DNA of 64,000 bases from Nemertoderma westbladi (lineage: Eukaryota; Animalia; Xenacoelomorpha). Every line of letters begins with the position of its first letter. Position 1 is the first letter of the stretch. The notes beneath the pieces were generated by a model, which saw nothing but the letters and a program-made list of their open reading frames with translations, did not search any database and was not told where the DNA came from. Location of the stretch: the NCBI GenBank assembly GCA_032718475.1, contig JAUCBJ010007040.1, positions 61,638 to 125,637 on the forward strand, read 5' to 3'. Positions 52,301 to 63,200 of the stretch are shown piece by piece. Both the position numbers and the translations under genes were made by a program.

Positions 52301-53506
52301 GAGAAAGTGAAATCAAAATGCGTAGGTACCAGACTGCCGGTATGTTGCTCTAAGCTAAAATGGTCAAACAGAAAGTAAACACCATAAATAAAAAGCAGAA
52401 GGTACCGTAGGGCCTACAGTTTGCAGTTTGCAACCAGTGTAGGTTATCAATTATTACACTTCGGCCTACACCCCTTGGAAAAGTAACTATTTAAAATCCT
52501 CAGCCTTTGGCCTCGGATTTTAAACACTTAATTTTCCGCGGGCTTCGGCCTCAGCAACAGCAGTTGGTTTGCGGAAAAATAAAATCACAAAATACCGGGC
52601 AAAAATAACAACCCTATAGACCAACATTAGTTCAGTGTTATTTTTTCCAGGATTTGTTTTGTAACAACATATTATATTACCAATACAATATAAAGTTGAC
52701 ATTATCTTGTTAACTTAAATAAGACTATTATCTAATCCATGGCATAGGTTTTGATGTTTTTGCAATTATGATTTGTGTATTTATATAATTTAATAAATTC
52801 CTCCATTCTGTGCTTCAGATATTGATGAATGTTCTACCAATTCTGATAATTGCCACATTAATGCAAGCTGCATGAACAGTGATGGTAGTTTCTCCTGTGC
52901 ATGTAATTTGGGCTACACTGGCAATGGTGTTTCCTGCAGTGGTAAGCACATATCATCTTATATTAGCAATACAATATAAAGTTGACATTATCTTGTTAAC
53001 TTAAGACTATTATCCATGGCATATGACTTTGATGTTTCTGCAATTAGGATTTGTGAATTTAGAATTTAATAAATTCCCATTTTTTTGATCTTCAGATATT
53101 GATGAATGTTCTACCAATACTGATAATTGCCACATTCATGCAAGCTGCTCGAACAATGATGGTAGTTTTACATGTGTATGTAATTCAGGCTATTCTGGAA
53201 CTGGTGTTTCCTGCAATGGTAAGCAAATACAAGATAATATTACCAATACAAACAATACAAAACAAACTTCGACACCATCACCTTAAAATCCTATTATCCT
53301 GTCATATTGCTTTTAATTTAATTTTTTTGGAGTATTAATTTGCAAATTCATAATTTAGTAAATTACTAATTTTTGTACTTCAGACATTGATGAATGTTCT
53401 ACCAATAGCGATAATTGCCATATTGATGCTAGCTGCACAAACAATGATGGTAATTTTACATGTGCATGCAATTCAGGCTATTCTGGAACTGGTGTTTCCT
53501 GCAATG
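7179..53506 (+). CDS. Partial multi-exon gene for a tandem calcium-binding EGF (cbEGF) repeat protein (fibrillin/fibulin/uromodulin-like or EGF-adhesion receptor ectodomain); 17 intact 123-bp exons in window
   Basis: Each exon is flanked by ttcAG and GT(a/c)ag, is 123 bp, phase 1-1, and encodes DIDECSTNxDNCHxxAxCxNxDGxFxCxCNxGYxGxGVSCx with 6 Cys and the D-x-D-E / C-x-N Ca-binding consensus; no stops seen. Confidence 0.85.
7440..7562 (+). CDS. cbEGF exon 2
   Basis: AG acceptor, 123 bp, weaker GTcag donor. Confidence 0.82.
7720..7842 (+). CDS. cbEGF exon 3
   Basis: AG...GTaag, 123 bp, nearly identical to exon 2. Confidence 0.88.
7857..9785 (-). mobile_element. Crypton-like element, internally deleted copy inserted in an EGF intron
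   Basis: Splits the short-intron sequence gtaagcaaatatca|tattatattacc; ccgaggcaaagccgagg / cctcggcctttggcctcgg motifs near the two ends; 8622-9785 matches the recombinase-bearing copies at 28408-29560 and 51512-52669. Confidence 0.65.
9940..10062 (+). CDS. cbEGF exon (type A, block 1)
   Basis: AG...GTaag, 123 bp. Confidence 0.88.
10217..10339 (+). CDS. cbEGF exon (type B, block 1)
   Basis: AG...GTaag, 123 bp. Confidence 0.88.
10505..10627 (+). CDS. cbEGF exon (type C, block 1)
   Basis: AG...GTaag, 123 bp. Confidence 0.88.
10812..10917 (+). promoter_or_regulatory. tRNA-like internal Pol III promoter cassette (A box, B box, T5 terminator), present in every array unit
   Basis: A box TAGCTCAGTGG 10819-10829; B box GTTCGAGCC 10885-10893; acceptor-like pairing ACCGCCCT/GGGGCGGT; TTTTT at 10913-10917. 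Confidence 0.7.
10843..10886 (+). ncRNA. Type I hammerhead ribozyme (first of 19; core CTGATGA at 10849+369n, last at 17491)
   Basis: ACTCGG (helix I) CTGATGA t-AAC-cggaa-GTT-t (helix II) GAAA C-ctag-G T A^ CCGAGT (helix I'); conserved core in the correct order, GUA cleavage triplet, palindromic ACCTAGGT helix III. Confidence 0.85.
17602..17704 (+). pseudogene. Decapitated type-A cbEGF exon (acceptor and first 20 nt lost at the array junction)
   Basis: Array runs directly into AATTCTGATAATTGCCAC...TGCAGTG/GTaag. Confidence 0.9.
17864..17986 (+). CDS. cbEGF exon (type B, block 2)
   Basis: AG...GTaag, 123 bp. Confidence 0.87.
18152..18274 (+). CDS. cbEGF exon (type C, block 2)
   Basis: AG...GTaag, 123 bp. 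Confidence 0.87.
18407..19298. mobile_element. Foldback/MULE-like non-autonomous element with arms built from 10-bp repeats (copy 1)
   Basis: Left GGTAGGTGCTTAAATGCACAACGAGCAAC..., right ...GTTGCTCGTTGTGCATTTTAGCACCTAC; (GAGCAACAAY)n inverted to (RTTGTTGCTC)n; right TSD eroded in this copy. Confidence 0.8.
20570..23064 (-). mobile_element. 5'-truncated LINE of the L2/CR1 group with (TTGAA)n tail
   Basis: Absent from the other blocks (empty site gttatcataaccttatagtc); ttcaa repeats at 20570-20590; open RT ORF. Confidence 0.9.
21025..23064 (-). CDS. Non-LTR reverse transcriptase ORF2 (endonuclease domain missing)
   Basis: KPWLT, NFRPISLLP, QFGFR, DLSKAFDT, GVPQGGVLSPTLFLLYIND, FADDT motifs; the first ~17 aa of the listed 696-aa ORF come from flanking DNA. 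Confidence 0.88.
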   Translation of the reverse strand: MDFSKITNSHVPKKTIPSRELPRKPWLTPKLIKLTIIKNNLYRTYIKHPNDINLESFKRFRNKLLNLLRKAEKEYYSAQFEKNSGNIKKTWIIINSALNRSKNSLIPKKLITGSGDSIRTITDPSEIANTLNNHFSTIGPKLADKIPKSNRSYLRHISHSNNNSFGLTETTPVEVEYRLLHLDPKSASNDPFPTKLLILAAKPLSIHLSSLINLSFSSGFYPDSLKIAKVIPLHKGGNASNPTNFRPISLLPVLTKIFETIINTQLISYLSKFKIISQSQFGFRPKRTTSHAILSVLEQIHTALEEKDASCAVYIDLSKAFDTLNYKILLNKLERYGVRGVPLQLFENFLASRQQFVKLGNFLSSLEPLLCGVPQGGVLSPTLFLLYINDLPRASKLFPALFADDTTLLYSHKNPNILISELNSELTKISDWLMDNALSLNLTKTEATFFSNIHSTYNLSRVEINNIKIKYTQSSKILGIWVDKQLNFKTHIQHIIQKISKTAGIFYKLRYIFPLNILRQLYYSLVHPYLLYGIIVWGGTFSSVLKPIRIKVNKILRCITRSHYRSSSLPIYKQLGILPLDQLYKQQVGIFMYELHNKLIDVPPLISNLFTLTSSVHQYNTRSVAADNYQIPLVRLVSSQQTISFRGPSVWNSIPRIIKQKKTKSTFAKNLKRYLLETI
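23293..23735 (-). pseudogene. BEL/Pao Gag-knuckle/protease fragment (copies at about 32550-32992, 46896-47338, 56152-56594)
   Basis: Highly similar to 2465-2910 (LVDSGA, CQLHxDGTHKTMDC). Confidence 0.85.
24435..25520 (+). mobile_element. Miniature/deleted LTR element: 561-bp LTR (24435-24995), ~450 bp of 5' internal region, then the 3' end of a variant LTR; copies at 33692-34778 and 48037-49228
   Basis: TGTTAGCG...GATCCCGTCACA termini; same LTR as 57295-57855 and 63093-63650; second GATCCCGTCACA at 25509-25520. Confidence 0.75.
25921..27005 (-). mobile_element. Helentron/DINE-1-like non-autonomous element (one end rearranged)
   Basis: CTAG end, AGCCAGC-aa-GCTGGCT hairpin, GGAGCCCG subterminal repeat, (CAGT)n microsatellite; homologous to 49637-50615. 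Confidence 0.55.
27634..28128 (-). mobile_element. 5'-truncated RTE-like LINE fragment with 12-bp TSD
   Basis: TSD TTTGTACTCATA at 27622-27633 and 28129-28140; single copy of this sequence at the empty site near 51234; RLRFAGHCFRR motif; (TAG)n tail. Confidence 0.85.
29710..29832 (+). CDS. cbEGF exon (type A, block 3)
   Basis: AG...GTaag, 123 bp. Confidence 0.87.
29987..30109 (+). CDS. cbEGF exon (type B, block 3)
   Basis: AG...GTaag, 123 bp. Confidence 0.87.
30275..30397 (+). CDS. cbEGF exon (type C, block 3)
   Basis: AG...GTaag, 123 bp. Confidence 0.87.
30530..31597. mobile_element. Foldback/MULE-like element (copy 2) with 9-bp TSD
   Basis: TATTATTAT at 30521-30529 and 31598-31606 flank GGTAGGTGC...GCACCTACC. 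Confidence 0.85.
34849..36585 (-). mobile_element. 5'-truncated non-LTR retrotransposon (RT ORF 35307-36524), clade uncertain
   Basis: LDIEAAFDSV, GVKQGSLLSPILFNLY, YADD; short (TAA)-like tail near 34849-34858; present only in this block. Confidence 0.8.
36590..42996 (-). mobile_element. BEL/Pao-like element, variant subfamily: LTR 42407-42996, N-terminal extension, Gag, protease, no RT/integrase; ~850-bp internal duplication
   Basis: Reverse-complement TGTTAGCG...GATCCCGTCACA LTR; ORFs 41063-42199, 38783-39760, 37464-38843 (knuckles, LVDSGA), 36842-37432; 39290-40120 repeated at about 40135-41030. Confidence 0.8.
43652..43774 (+). CDS. cbEGF exon (type A, block 4)
   Basis: AG...GTaag, 123 bp. 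Confidence 0.87.
43929..44051 (+). CDS. cbEGF exon (type B, block 4)
   Basis: AG...GTaag, 123 bp. Confidence 0.87.
44217..44339 (+). CDS. cbEGF exon (type C, block 4)
   Basis: AG...GTaag, 123 bp. Confidence 0.87.
44472..45363. mobile_element. Foldback/MULE-like element (copy 3)
   Basis: Same TIRs and TATTATTAT TSD. Confidence 0.85.
49229..52669 (-). mobile_element. Crypton-like element, copy without the RTE insertion (recombinase pseudogene about 50712-52053)
   Basis: ORFs 51314-51637 and 50712-51188 near-identical to the block-2 copy. Confidence 0.75.
49637..50615 (-). mobile_element. Helentron/DINE-1-like non-autonomous element, both ends intact
   Basis: Subterminal inverted repeats GGAGCCCG (49663-49670) / CGGGCTCC (50603-50610); CCCGC..GCGGG palindrome at one end; hairpin plus CTAG at the other; (CAGT)n; A-rich flanks, no TSD. 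Confidence 0.65.
52819..52941 (+). CDS. cbEGF exon (type A, block 5)
   Basis: AG...GTaag, 123 bp. Confidence 0.87.
53096..53218 (+). CDS. cbEGF exon (type B, block 5)
   Basis: AG...GTaag, 123 bp. Confidence 0.87.
53384..53506 (+). CDS. cbEGF exon (type C, block 5)
   Basis: AG...GTaag, 123 bp. Confidence 0.87.
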
Positions 53507-53638
53507 GTAAGGAAATAACATAGATACTGTACATTGTTGGTAGGACCTAACATTTCCTTGACCTCTATATTTTACTGTTTACCTACCGGTACCGTGTTAC
53601 TGTACCCATTTTCCTTATGCTCTATTTGATATTATTAT

Positions 53639-54918
53639 GGTAGGTGCTTAAATGCACAACGAGCAACAATGACCAACAACGAGCAACAATGACCAACAAC
53701 GAGCAACAATAAGCAACAATGAGTAACAACAAGCAACAACGAGAACCAATGAGCAACAATGAGCAACAACTAGCACCAATGAGCGACACCGAGCAACAAC
53801 GAGCACCAATGAGCAACAACGAGCACCAATGAGCGACAACGAGCAACAACGATCACCAATGAGCAACAACGAGCAACAATGAGCAACAATGAGCAACAAC
53901 GAGCAACAGTGAGCAACAACGAGCAACAACACGAGCAACAACGAGCACCAATGAGCAATAAACGACAACAATAGGCAAAAATAATAAACTCGTTGTTGCT
54001 CATTGTTGCTCATTGTCGCTCAATGTTGCTCGTTGTTGCTCATTGTTGCTCGTTGTTGTACTTTATTATAGCTCGTTGTTGCTCATTGGTGCTCGTTTTT
54101 ACACATTGTTGCTCGTTGTTGTACATTATTATAGCTCGTTGTTGCTCGTTGTTGCTCATTGTTGCTCGTTGTTGCTCATTGGTGCTCGTTGTTGCGCGTT
54201 GATGCTCATTGTTGCTCGTTGTTGCTCATTGTTGCTCGTTGTTGCTCGTTGTTACTCATTGTTGCTCATTGTTGCTCGTTGTTGCTCATTATTGCTCGTT
54301 GTTGCTCATTGTTGCTCGTTGTTGTTCGTTGTTGTTCATTGTTGTTCGTTGTTGCTCATTGTTGTTCGTTGTTGTACTTTATTATTGCTCAATGTCACTC
54401 ATTGTTGCTCGTTGTTACTCATTGTTGCTCGTTGTTGCTCATTGGTGCTCGTTGTTGCGCGTTGATGCTCATTGTTGCTCGTTGTTGCTCATTGTTGCTC
54501 GTTGTTGCTCGTTGTTACTCATTGTTGCTCATTGTTTCTCGTTGTTGCTCATTATTGCTCGTTGTTGCTCATTGTTGCTCGTTGTTGTTCGTTGTTGTTC
54601 ATTGTTGTTCGTTGTTGCTCATTGTTGTTCGTTGTTGTACTTTATTATTGCTCAATGTTACTCATTGTTGCTCGTTGTTGCTCATTGTTGTTCGTTGTTG
54701 GTCGTTGTTGCTCATTGTTGTTCGTTGTTGGTCATTGTTGTTCGTTGTTGCTCATTGTTGTTCGTTGTTGTACTTTATTATTGCTCAATGTTACTCATTG
54801 TTGCTCGTTGTTGCTCATTGTTGCTCATTGTTGCTCATTGGTGCTCGTTGTTGGTCATTGTTGCTCATTGGTGCTCGTTGTTGGTCATTGTTGCTCGTTG
54901 TGCATTTTAGCACCTACC
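53639..54918. mobile_element. Foldback/MULE-like element (copy 4, expanded right arm)
   Basis: Same TIRs and TATTATTAT TSD. Confidence 0.85.
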
Positions 54919-57294
54919 TATTATTATACCTTTACCTTGTCAGCTTGTTACATTGTCAAATGTATGGATGAATGTGTCAAATAATGGATTGGCCATAGGC
55001 TTACCTATTCCCTATCACATGCTTATCCCCTTTATCTGGTGTGGTGGCAATGTTGTGGATACGACCTCACAAAAGATTTCAACTGAAATTCACTAGAACC
55101 CCAACCCTACAAGCCTATACCAGTATATACTGACGGTGTCGGCAGTATTTAGTAACCATCATTATTTAGGTATGCCAGGGAGTTAACGAAACTGCTTCGG
55201 ATAAACCTTGTTAAAAACTGCCATAAAATAAATATATTGAAATTGTCTGGGTCTATTAACATTCCTGCAGATATCGCAAGTCCAAAATGCCCTTGAGTGT
55301 CTTACTCCAACCTGCCAAATTTAAAAATTTCGCACCAAAAATTGGATTCATGTCAAACAACCTCTCAATGATCTGTCATCCAACTATCGACACACAAGAA
55401 GATGACCAAAGTGATGGTATTATCACTGATACAGGGTCAGTTGTGATGATAAAGCTTTGTTCAGTACTTTTCCTACAGGTAGTATTCAGCATGAGCATAG
55501 TGATGACATACAAGATGAAGATGATACCCCAATCTTCATCACTCTCTCTACTTGGCTACCCCTAAAAGGCGAGTGTGCATATCTTTGCCTTATCAAACCA
55601 TTGTAATTCCATAAATAAAGTGCCATGTTTTGCTGTTGACCAAACTACTGCCATTATAGTAATTATTACTGCCAGTAGTAGGAACCTCGTTTGCAGCTGA
55701 TATTCTTTGACAATCAAACAGTATATTTTAGTAGTATGAGAAGGATTTACTGCTTATACTACTACATGTATCATACCTGATTAGAAAGGAGCGACATTAC
55801 GTTATCGACAATAAGATTATGTTCAGGTTTAACACCACTTCAAGGCTCACACTGCAACGTACGAGTTGACCCTGGTACTGGATTCAACTCACTGAAAGAT
55901 GATCATGGTCTCTGTTATCATAACCTTATAGTCGATGTTGGGTGTAAGAAGAACATAAACAAGAAGACCATGCACTGCTAAGAGAGCAGTGCAGGAACTA
56001 TGTTATGAGATTTTCAAGGAAGATCCCTGTGGAAATATAATCTCACCAACAATGTTGATGTTGGTTAGGCCTACCTCTCGTCTCAATTCCAAACTGATAT
56101 CCTCTGTCCTTTCTGCACGTGAGATGCTTTACCAACATGATCAGTAATCAATGTTCGTAACCCTATCCTTTCGGCCACCCAACTCTCCGTTAGCATGAAT
56201 GCTGCTCCACTATCGACCAACATCAGTGTCGTGACTGATAGCCCGTCCTCTCCTATTATTCTCACTGGTACTACAGCGAGTAGTACTGTCCTCTTCCTCC
56301 TTGCTCCCATGTGCTCGTTGCCATGGTTTGGCCTCCAGTCTCATCTGTCTCGTCGTGTTTCATCGGTGGTTCCTGGCATTCATCCAGTGTCCTCCTACCG
56401 CGCATTGGTGACATAGTCCATTCTTATCAGCATAGGCTATCCGATCTTGTTTGAGTAACACCTGCCAATGCTTACAGTCCATGGTCTTATGGGTTCCATC
56501 TATATGCAATTGACATTTGTATCCTGGATTGTAGCGTTCCTTGTATAGCCCTTCACATATCACGCGTAGATTCATATCTAGCGGTTTAGTGTTGCGTTCT
56601 GTGCTCAAAAAACACTGAACAACGAAATGTAAGCCGACTACTGATTCGAATTGACTCAGATAGATTGCTTACTAATATCCTACAGTGTTTGAATAAACCA
56701 CCCGTTCCAAGGCAAAACTAATATTTCTGAAATGTTCTAAATGTTGCTGCTAATTAAGGCAAAAAGGTGATACCCACATTTAAATATCATATGACTGAGT
56801 CAAGCTAAATTTGCTATATAGTAATCTAGATTTAGCGTAGTACTTTCAATATAATATAGGACTAATTTTGTAATAAATATAAATTGAAATCTGACAGCCG
56901 AGTTCCATTAATTATCGGCTATAAGCCGCTTTTACGCAGGTCCAAATTCCAAATAATATAATTTTGGCTTCTCCAAAACTGTAATACTTCCAATGAACCA
57001 ACCGAAAGGGAGAGTCTGTCTATTATGGATGATCAAATAGCTAACCAGCCCAGCGTGTGATAGTGAATGATCCCCAAAATCGAAAGTCGGCCTAGTGATA
57101 GAAATATATATAATCAGAATTGTTAGTCCCCCAAATAATCCCAAATGAAATGTAGAATCGAAGCACCTATTTTTACTGTCGATTCCCCTCCCAAAACTAG
57201 GAATGGTTGGAAATGGGCTGGGCTGTTCAATAATCTAATGCGGTAATACGACCTTTAATCCAAAATGTACTAATTAAATCAAAAAAATCCTAGG

Positions 57295-60200
57295 TGTTAG
57301 CGAATTCAATTCCGCTAACCACCCCATAAAGTTGGGAAAGCGGTGCCTTTAAGCAATATTGGGGAGTACGAGGTTGATTACCAACCAACCTCGTATCACC
57401 CCCAATAAACAGGGACGACAAACCCCAAAGGGCCGTACACAATGGGGGTCAGAGGTTACACCTCCGGGAGAGGGAAAGTAACAGTAGCAAAGGGGGAAAC
57501 ACTCCCAGAGAGATGGGAGGCGAGAATTAGGTTACTAGCCAATGGGGGGCAAGCATCCGCTGAGTGATAGGGCCAATGTAGGGTGATTAGATATATATTA
57601 CCGGTCGGTGCCCATAACATTCAGTAGTTTGCTCAGTCACATTATTGTTTGCAGAACGGTGACACTTTAAGACCGTCACCGCCATCACCAATACATATTA
57701 TCATTACCAGTATACTGTGATGTCATAACTCTGTCTATCTTATATACATATATCTTATCAATAATACTGGAAGAACGACAAACTCTTTTCTTTCATTCGC
57801 ACGGCGGGGACGCGTATATAAACCAAACAGGTTGGGATCCTCTGATCCCGTCACAGTCTTAAAGTCTAAGAACTGCCAAATTGTGACTGCCAGCCACCAG
57901 AGAAGAACAGAGTAAAGATGAGTCAAGAGGGAGAAAGGACACCGCCGCGGACCCCGGACAACAACCTAACGATCCGCGAGGCCGTGGCGAGACGGTATCG
58001 ACCCACGAGGCCGGATTTGTAGACTACAGACGATCTGGCAATCCAAGCGGAGGGGGGCCATCTACAACGAGGACGAGAAGACGAGTCGACACGCGGCGGC
58101 GGTCGAGTTACCGATGTCGCCGGCCAGCCACAGGCCGAGGGCGACGGATGGCCCACCGGAACGGCGATGGTGGGGCCGCCGGTATGACGCCGAACACGGA
58201 GAGAAAGAGGGGAAGGTCGGCGACGAGGACGTCGGAGTCAGCGACCGGCTCCGACGAGTCTATAACGCGATGAGGAGGCAACTGAAGGAAGCCAAAGAAG
58301 GAGCAAAACTAGACCAGGTGAAACTAGAACAGCGACTAGGTGAGTCGAACAAACATTTTGACTATCTAGTCCGCTTTGGGCAGGGAGAGTTGGTGGGTGA
58401 GAGAGCGAGAAAGACCGCCACCGAACTGTTCGAACTGTGGCAATCTAGTGGTATAGAGCCTGGTGTAGTGTACATAGAGCCATACTTAGTGGATGCCAGG
58501 GGAGTTAAGTTAGTGGGTTGGGCGGGACCGCACAAGGGCGAATCCGAGGTTGACCCCGAGGATTCGGTCTCGTTGGTCAACGAAAACCCCGGAGAGCGGG
58601 GGAAAGTTAGCAGGACAGAGAGGCAACGGGAGTCCGTCATGACCGATAAGTCCGCTACATCCTCCTCGAAAGTAAGAAGGGTGTTAGAAATAAATCTGGC
58701 ATGTCAGCGTAAAGAGCGCGAGATGAGGTGGCTTGAGAGGGTTGCGAGAGAGACAGAGTTGGCCGAGCAAAGTCTACGAGAGGATAGAGAGAGAGAAACG
58801 TTTGTTAATGCCCCACTTACAGGGACCGGACGACAGACCCAAGACTGGTGTAACCGTACGGGCGGGGGGGGGGGGGGGGTAATAACAATAGATTAGAGAA
58901 CATTAATATTAATAGTACCGTAGTAGATAACCCTAATCAAACTTTCATTGCAGGAAATAATATTTTGCCCGACAGTAGTAATTTAAGTCCGAACGATTCT
59001 AATATAAATGTACAAAGTAGTCCGAATAATTTAAATAATAATTTAAATTTAAATACAGAAAATAATTTAAATAATAATCCCGTTTCAAATTCGAATAATT
59101 CGAATAATTTAAATAATTTAGAAAATAGTGTTGGTAATGGTACTATTAATATAAACGTGTCGGACGCAGGTGGCCCGGCAAATGAGAGCCTGGTAGGCCA
59201 CGTAGTCAGTAGGCAGGGAGTAACGGGGGTGAGAACCCCCAATGAGAGCCTGGTAGGCCACGTAGTTAGTGCGCAGGGAGTGGCGGGGTTGAGTCAACCT
59301 GACGGGAGCCTGCCAGGCAACACAGTAACAGAGGGAGAGGCGGGGGTGAATAGACCCAGCCGCAGTAGAGTTAGTGCGTCAACTAGAGAGGGGTGTAGAA
59401 GTGCAGTAAGAGATAGTGAAGTTAGAAATGGCGAGTGGGGGGGGCTACGGGCGCCCCACCACGGAAGATTAGTAGGGGCAGAGAATTCCCCACAGGCGTC
59501 GGCGGATAGTGCGCGGGGCGAGTTGGGTGAGCCGCGGCACCCGGCGATGGAGAGTGGTGGGGGGATTGCGAGTGTCCCCAGCGGCGTGCGACCGAGTGGA
59601 GAGGGAGAGGTTAACGTCGCGAGAGGGCGAGCGACGAGATGTCGAGCCCAGTCAGAAGAGAGAAGAAGATTAGTAGAGTTTAACCGAGAGGTCGAAGAGA
59701 GAAGAAGTAAAGATAATAGAAGAGTCGTTGCTAGGAGCAACCGGAGAGCGAGGACAGATAGCGAGCCGTCGGAAGTAGAGATGGAGTTAGGGAGTCAGTG
59801 GGGTCGAACTCCGGGAGATTGCCGTCGCCCCGGGGAGACACACCACACACCAGGAGAGGGGTACAGGACGTACCGATATGAGAACGAGAACGAGAGCAGG
59901 AGAGGGGATCGAAGAGAAACTTCCCGACGGGATATAGCTGCTGATCGAGAGTACGGTAGTCGCTGGGAGATTCGAGATTTGAGAAGATTAAACTTCGGCT
60001 CGGAAGGGCACATGACGACTGCTGGACATACTGTAGGCCTTACTGCACATACTATTATAGGCCATGCTGGGAGAGATAGTGTAGGCGATAGGGTAGCGCG
60101 AACGACGGGATTAGATCCGGAAGTCACGGAGTACATGCCGGTAGGTAGGCAAGAAGTGGATAGGCCTATATCGGTACCAGCACAGCAGCATGACTATAAT

Positions 60201-63200
60201 ATCCAGGGACATAACATAACCCGTTGAGGGGGATATTGCAGATAGGCAATATAAACAACCAAGAACAAATATATGCAAAACCCGGTTGAGGGGGATATTG
60301 CGGATAGGGCAATATAGACAACCCAGAACTTATAGGAACAAATAACATCTAGGAACAAGAGAACAAAGAGGATTCGACGAAGAGATGTGCGGGATGGAAG
60401 GTAGGGAGAACGAGTAGAAGGTAGGGAGCTAGAGGGGAAAGATGGGAGAGATGAGAAGGGTACAGGGGATGCGTTGAACTAAGTAGGGCACGGGCGTGAT
60501 GACATGTTTGATGCACGAGCAGGGTATGTTAATTAGAGTGGGTGCCGGGCACAAGAGGTGCCGGGCACAAGAAGTTAGTAGTAGAGTTAGTTGAGTTAGT
60601 AAGAGTTAGTAGTAGAGTTAGTTGAGTTAGGTAAGAGTTAGTAGTAGAGTTAGTTGAGTTAGTAAGAGTTAGTAGAGAGTTAGTAGAGTTAGTAAGAGTT
60701 AGTAGTAGTTCACATAATTAACATACCCACTTTGCCGGCACTCAGAGCGTCACGTGCAGGCGAGGAGACGTAAAGGGGATAAGATGTAGATAGGTGTAGA
60801 GGGAGTAGATAGTAGAGATAGATGTAGAGGAAGTAGATAAAGGTGGGAGAGATGCGTGATGGAGGGGTGGCCCATAGAGTTGTTGAGTGGTCCAGTAGGT
60901 TGGACAGAAAAGGGTACGGACGTGCCGAGGTGTATGCATAGGTGTAGGAGTACCTCGTACGAAATATGAGAAGTATGAGCACCTAGGTGTAGGAGTACCT
61001 TGTATGAAATATGAGAAGTATGAGCACCTAGGTGTAGGAGTACCTTGTATGAAGTACGGGAAGTATGAGCGCCTTTGACGGCACTGAGGGCGTCACGTAC
61101 GGAATTGAGGGGGAGCATGTATACATAGCCATAGTTGAGAGGCGCCTGCCAGGTAGTAGAGTAGTAGAGACGGGCACATAGGGTGCCAGGTAGTAGAGTA
61201 GTAGAGACGGGCACATAGGGTGCCAGGTAGTAGAGTAGTAGAGACGGGCACATAGGGTGCCAGGTAGTAGAGTTAGAGAGTTAGAGGTAGTAGAGTAGTA
61301 GAGAGGGCACATAGGGTGCCAGAGTAGTAGAGTAGTAGAGAGCGGGCACATAGGGTGCCAGGTAGTAGAGTAGTAGAGAGGGCACAAAGGGTGCCAGGTA
61401 GTAGAGTAGTAGAGAGGGCACAAAGTGAGGGGGGGTATGTACGCATGCTATTGCCAAGGAGTAAGGAAAGTGCGAAACCTGTGGGCGCTGAGGGCATCAC
61501 GTAGTGAGTAGTAAGAGGGTACGTAGTACCGTTAGCTAGAGGAGTTAGTAAGAGTAGTAAGAGGGTACGTAGTACCGTTAGCTAGAGGAGTTAGTAAGAG
61601 TAGTAAGAGGGTACGTAGTACCGTTAGTTAGAGGTAGAGAGTCAGTAGAGTTAGTAGAGGTAGAGAGTCAGTGGAGTTAGTAGAGTTAGTAGAGGTAGAG
61701 AGTCAGTAGGAGTTAGTAAAGGTAGAGAGTCAGTAGAGTTAGTTAGAGGTAGAGAGTCAGTAGAGTTAGAGAGTTAGTAAAGGTAGAGAGTCAGTAGAGT
61801 TAGAGAGTCATGAGAGTCAGTAGAGTTAGAAAGTCAGTAGAGTCAGGGAGTTAGTAGAGCTAGTGGAGTTAGTAGAGTTAGCAGTAAGAGAGTAGAGAGC
61901 GCAATATACCGTAGAAGTAGTAGCTAGAAAAGGTAGATAGGATAATAGCACAGAACAGGGGCAAATAGAGATAAAACAAAATTAAAATAAAAATTAAGAA
62001 TATCAGGATCACCTCCGAACTACAGAAGAGCCTTCAAGGTGGCCTTCGAAGGTCTGGTAGACCACCCGGGGCTGAAGGGCGAGTCGGTGTAATACAACAG
62101 CCGGCATCTAGTAGACAGGGAGGTGGATACACATAACAGAGCTGGGAGGAGTTGGAAGCGGATAGACTTGAGGGGAAGCGACTGGAAGAAGTCGCCAGGC
62201 GAGAAAGGCGGAGAGAGAGTAGTGAGTAGTAGAAATGAAACGCGTTATGTAGACGAGCATATAATATAATATATATAATAATAATAATTATAATCTTATA
62301 TTAATTATATAGTAATTCATATATATTATACAGTATGTACCGTAGTCAAGCACAACCTTTTTCCAATTAGCTACTGGGACTGGGGACTAATTGACTAGGG
62401 CGACAGGACGGGACTTAGACGGCTCCCACTAACATGAGCGCACATGCGTGGGACCCGATAAGTGCGTGGTCATTAAACAACAGGGCGGAGTTCAGGATTT
62501 ATTGTGAAAGCTCGTATCCTGCGGGATAAGAATCGTGCAGATATGAGTATGAGTATGCAGGTATGAGCGGGATATGAGTAGGAGGGGCACTTGATGGCAC
62601 CACAGGCGTGAAGAGTGAGGAGTATGAGAGGAGTATGAGAGGAATGTGAGAAGAGTATGAGAGGAGAATGCAAGAGAGATAGCGAGAGGTGGTATAGAAT
62701 GCGCGGAGAGAGTGCGAGTGCAATTCAAGTGTGTGGGGGGGGGAGGAGTGAGAGGTAGAGTGAGGGACAAGGAGGTCCGAGAGTTAGGGTGGAAGAGAGC
62801 TTAGAGTCAGTTAGAGCGAAGTTAGAGTGGTGAGAGTGTTGGGGAAACAAAAATTGTGTGAGAGAAACCCACAATCGGCCCGACACGGGACGCCAGATGT
62901 CTTGGTGCAAGATAGATGAAGTTGCACCAAGACTGGGTAGCAATATCATACCCATAGGGAGCGGCCTGGAAAGCCGGCTCCGAAAGAAAAATAACTCCAC
63001 CCCACACCCGATAGTAGATCGGGCTCCAGCGGAATTGTAGCGCACTAGAGGTAGATGCTATCTTCTCACCGGGAAGATAGCATGGGGGGGAGTGTTAGCG
63101 AATTCAATTCCCTAACCACCCCATAAAGTTGGGAAACGGTGCCTTTAAGCAATATTGGGAAGCACGAGGTTGATTACCAATCAACCTCGTACCACCCCCA

